Source of the DNA: Malacoraja senta
Taxonomy: Eukaryota
DNA length: 64,000 bases
Reading direction: 5' to 3'
NCBI GenBank assembly: GCA_038087875.1
Contig: CM075987.1
Coordinates: 17,114,001 to 17,178,000 of the forward strand
Position 1 is the first letter of the stretch. Every line of letters begins with the position of its first letter. Positions 59,785 to 64,000 of this stretch are shown here, piece after piece. The position numbers were made by a program, and so were the translations under genes. The notes under the pieces are model-generated. The model was not told where the DNA came from, did not search any database, and saw only the letters and a program-made list of their open reading frames with translations.

Positions 59785-62095
59785 ATAAGTGATAGGAGTA
59801 GAATTAGGCCATTCAGTATCTCTCCCTCCTAACCCCATTCTCCTGCCTTCTCCCCATAACCTCTGACACCCGTACTAATTAATAATCTATCTATCTCTGC
59901 CTTAAAAATATCCACTGAAACTTGACCTGCACAGCCGTCTGCGGCAAGGAATTCCCCCTCATCTCATTCCTAAAAGAACATCCTTTAATTCTGAGGCTGA
60001 CCTCTAGTCCTAAACTCTTCCACTAGTGGAAACATCCTCTCCACATCCACTCCATCCAAGCCTTTCACTATTCTGTATGTTTCAATGAGGTCCCCCGCTC
60101 ATTTTTCTAAACTCCAGCGAGTACAGGCCCAGTGCTGTCAGACGCTTATCATATGTTAACCTACTCATTCCTGGGATCATTCTTGTAAACCTCCCCTGGA
60201 CCCTCTCCAGAGCCAGCACATCCTTCCTCAGATATGGTGCCCAAAATTGCTCACAATATTCCAAATGCAGCCTGTCCAGCGCCTTATAGAGCCTCAACAT
60301 TACATCCCTGTTTTTGTATACAAGCCCTCTTGAAATAAATGCTAGAATTGAGTTTGCTTTCTTTACTACCGATTTGACTTGCAGATTGACTTTATGAGAA
60401 TCCTGCTCCAGCATTCCCAAGTCCCTTTGTGCCTCCGATTTCTGCATTCTCTCCCCATTTAGAAAATAGTCTATACCTTTATTCCTACTACCAACATGCA
60501 TGACTCCACACTTTGCTACACTATATTCCATCTGCCACTTCTCTGCCCACTCTCCCAACCTGTCCAAGTCCTTCTGCAGAGTCCCTGCTTTCTCTACACT
60601 ACCTGCCCCTCCACCTATTTTCATATCATCCACAAACTCGGCCACAAAGCCTTCAATCCCCTCGTCCAAATCATTAATATACAACGTGAAGAGTAGCGGC
60701 CCCAGCACCGACCCCTGCGGAACTCCACTAGTCACTGGCAGCCAACCTGAAAAATCCCCCTTTATTGCCACTCTTTGTCTTCTGCCATCCAGCGAACCTG
60801 CTATCCATGCTAGTATCTGCCCTTTGATACCGTGGGCTCTCATCTTCCTTAGCAGCCTCACGTGTGGCACCTTGTCAAAGGCTTTCTGAAAATCTAATTA
60901 AACAACATCTACTGACTCTCCTTTGTCTGTCCTGCTATTTACTTCTTCACCACCTCCAGTTTAAATTCCATTTGGAATATTTTGGAGGACCAAGAAACCA
61001 AGAAAGAATTCCAGCATATTTGTCAGGCAAGACCTCCCCTTCCCAAAGCCATGCTGACTTTGGCCTATTTTATCATGAACTTCTAAGTACTCCGTAACCT
61101 CATCCTTTATAATGGACTCTAAAATATTACCAACCACTGAAGTCAGACTAACCGGCCTCTAGTTCCCACTATCCCTTCTTGTGCAGCGGGGTAATATTGG
61201 CAAATTTCCAATCATCTGGAACCACTCCTCACTCCAGTGATTCTTGAAATATCACTATCTATGCCTCGACAATCTCTAAAGCCCACCTCTTTCAGGACCC
61301 GAGGGTGCAGTCCACGTGGTCCAGGTGACTTATCCACCTTCAGCCCTTTCAGCTTCCCAAGCACCTTCTCCCTGGTGACAGCCACTCCACTAACTTCCAC
61401 CCCCTGACTCTCTTGAATTTCAGGCACGTTGCTGGTGTCTTCCACTGTGAAGACTGATGCAAAAATGTTATTCAACTCCTCTTGTCATTTCTTTATTCCC
61501 CAATATCACTTCTCCTGCATCATTCTCTAGCGTCCAACGTCCACTCTTGCCTCTTTCTTACTCTTTATATAACTGAAGAAACTCTTGCTATCCTCTTTGA
61601 TATTCTTGGCTAGCTTACCTTCGTATTTCATCTTTTCTCCCCGTATTGCCTTTTACCTTCTGTTGTTCTTTAAAAGCTACCCCATCCTCTGGCTTCCCAC
61701 TAATCTTTCCTATGTTATACACCTTCTCTTTAAGTTTTATACTGTCCTTGACTTCCCTTGTCAGCCACGGTCACCTCTTACTCCCCCCTAGAATCTTTCT
61801 TCCTCTTTGAAATGAAAAGATCCTGCATCCTCCACATTATTCCCAGAAATTCCTGCCATTGCTGTTCTACCGTCATCCCTGCTGGGCTCCCTTTCCAGTC
61901 AACTTTTACCAGCTCCTCCATCATGCCTCTGTAGTCCCCTTTGCTCAGCTGTAATACCGACACATCCAATTTCACCTTCTCCATCTCAAATTACAGATTA
62001 AAACATCATGTTGTGGTCGCTACCTCCTCATGGTTCCTTTACCTTGACTTCCCTTATCAAATCTGGTTCATTACATACCACTAAATGTAGAATTG
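59785..62095 (-). mobile_element. CR1 LINE ORF2 remnant
   Basis: [32 protein letters not shown] and LEYCEQFWAP; 3' UTR near 59785-59900. Confidence 0.88.
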
Positions 62096-62449
62096 TGGAC
62101 TGGGTGGGCCAAAGGGCCTGTTTCCATGCTGTATCTCTAAACTCAACTAAAACACACAGCCCTTTGTCTTGCCGAGACACTTTGTATCCAACCGTGGATC
62201 CCGTGCATCTTAAACTTCTGGATCAGCCAACTGTGGGGGATTTGATCGAATGCCTGGCTAAAATCCCCCGCCCTTCCCACAACAACACCAACGTCACCTC
62301 CTGCTGGAGCAGCTTACTTGGTCAGAGAGAGCCATCCCTGCCATCCCCCCCCCCACACGCCCCACACTGTTCCTGATGGGAGCAGACCTCAACTTATGCC
62401 TGCTATCCTTTGCACTGGTGTCCCTGCCAGGGATGCCCAGCTCACAGCA

Positions 62450-62705
62450 CTGCAGCTTCCTGTAACCCCTCCCCCCCTCCGATCCCTACCCCTCCCCCCC
62501 TCACTGCAGCTTCCTGTAACCCCTTCCCCCCTGACCCCTCCCCCTCCCCCACTGCAGCTTCCTGTAACCCCTCCCCCCACTGCAGCTTCCTGTAACCCCC
62601 CCCACTGCAGCTTCCTGTAACCCCCCCCTCTGACCCCTCCCTGCAGCTTTCTGTAACCCCTCTGACCCCTACTCCTCCACTCCCTGCAGCTTCCTGTAAA
62701 CCCTT
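62450..62705. repeat. Minisatellite (ctgcagcttcctgtaacccc + C-rich spacer)
   Basis: Core recurs seven times. Confidence 0.88.
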
Positions 62706-62939
62706 GCCCCCCTCCCCGATCACCCAAAGAACGGTCCACTGAGCCTTACCCACACATACCTCTGCCCCTCCCCCACAGAAATCTCCCCCACCCCCCTGGC
62801 ACAACCCTCCCCCTACAGCGCTACACTCCCCCACCCTCTTTCAGCACCACCTTCCCCACTTATCTTTATTCCCCCTTCTGACCCCTGCTCTGCCCCATCC
62901 CTATACTCTCTCCCACCACTGCTCCAAACACTCCCCTGA

Positions 62940-63750
62940 CCACCCCCCACTCCCCACCCCACCCCACCACCCCACCCCACCCCCACCCCCACCACTCCTC
63001 ACCCCCACCCCCACCACTCCTCACCCCCCACCCCCACCACTCCCCACCCCACCCCCACCACTCCTCACCCCCACCACTCCTCACCACTCCCCACCCTCCC
63101 CACCCCCACCACTCCCCACCCCCACCCCCACCCCCACCCCCACCACTCCTCACCCCACCACACCCCCACCACTCCTCACCCCCACCCCCACCACTCCTCA
63201 CCCCCCACCCCCACCACTCCTCACCCCCACCCCCACCACTCCTCACCCCCCACCCCCACCACTCCTCACCCCCACCCCCACCATTCCTCACCCCCACCCC
63301 CACCACTCCCCACCCCACCCCCACCACTCCTCACCCCACCCCCACCACTCCTCACCCCCACCACTCCTCACCACTCCCTACCCTCCCCATCCCACCCCCA
63401 CCACTCCTCACCCCCACCCTCACCCTCCCACCCTCCCACCTCCCCACCACTCCCCACCCCACCCCCACCCCCACCCCCACCCCCACCCCCACCACTCCTC
63501 ACCCTACCACACCCCCACCACTCCTCACCCCCACCCCCACCCCCACCACTCCTCACCGCACCCCACCCCCACCACTCCTCACCCCCACCCCCACCACTCC
63601 TCACCCCCACCCCCACCACTCCTCACCCCCACCCCCACCACTCCCCACCACTCCCCACCCCCACCAACCGCCACCCCATCACACCCCCACCCCCACCCCA
63701 CCCCCACCCCACCAACCGCCACCCCATCACACCCCCACCCCACCCCCACA
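62940..63750. repeat. C-rich minisatellite (ccccaccactcctca / ccccac)
   Basis: Directly visible tandem units. Confidence 0.92.
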
Positions 63751-64000
63751 CTGCCCCCTCCCCAGCCACCCTAGTACCTCTCTCCCCCTCACCAGTGTTG
63801 TCACCTGACACCACCCTCCCCTCCCTCCCCTCCCTCCCCTCCCTCACCCCATCCACACCTCTCCCCTCATGCGGCCCTGCCTCGTGCATTCCCTGCATGT
63901 CCAGCCTCTGCGTTGCTCTGCATTGCCCGATGCGATGATGCGTTGGGGTACCCGGGGCTTTGGTTGCCGTGGTGATTTTTCCAGGCGCTGCAGTTGCTGC

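Overview
Vertebrate genomic DNA, most likely from a cartilaginous fish (skate/ray/shark). This is inferred from its HER1-like CR1 LINEs, HE1/V-SINE-like tRNA SINEs and Penelope remnants. Most of the window is nested transposable-element debris and GC-rich minisatellites, with one 200-N assembly gap. Two host coding regions are recognisable. The first is the large terminal exon of MOGS (ER glucosidase I, 18288-20032, +), which has an apparent +1 T frameshift. The second is a NAT8/camello-family GNAT acetyltransferase ORF (47417-48160, +) whose stop codon lies inside a minisatellite. A CpG-island promoter built from an 89-bp GC-box/CRE tandem repeat, followed by ETS sites and a splice donor, lies at about 52.4-52.9 kb, and a second CpG-rich putative first exon lies at about 37.8-38.2 kb. 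The most structured object is a complete but decayed DIRS-type tyrosine-recombinase retrotransposon (9555-14371) inserted into a CR1 LINE. Its inverted terminal repeats, its internal complementary region (ICR) reproducing the circle junction, and its ATT crossover core can all be read directly from the sequence. Numerous Penelope termini carry minimal hammerhead-ribozyme-like cores, including a 185-bp palindromic insertion with a 13-bp TSD. No prokaryotic systems or CRISPR arrays are present. All assignments were made by eye and repeat boundaries are approximate.
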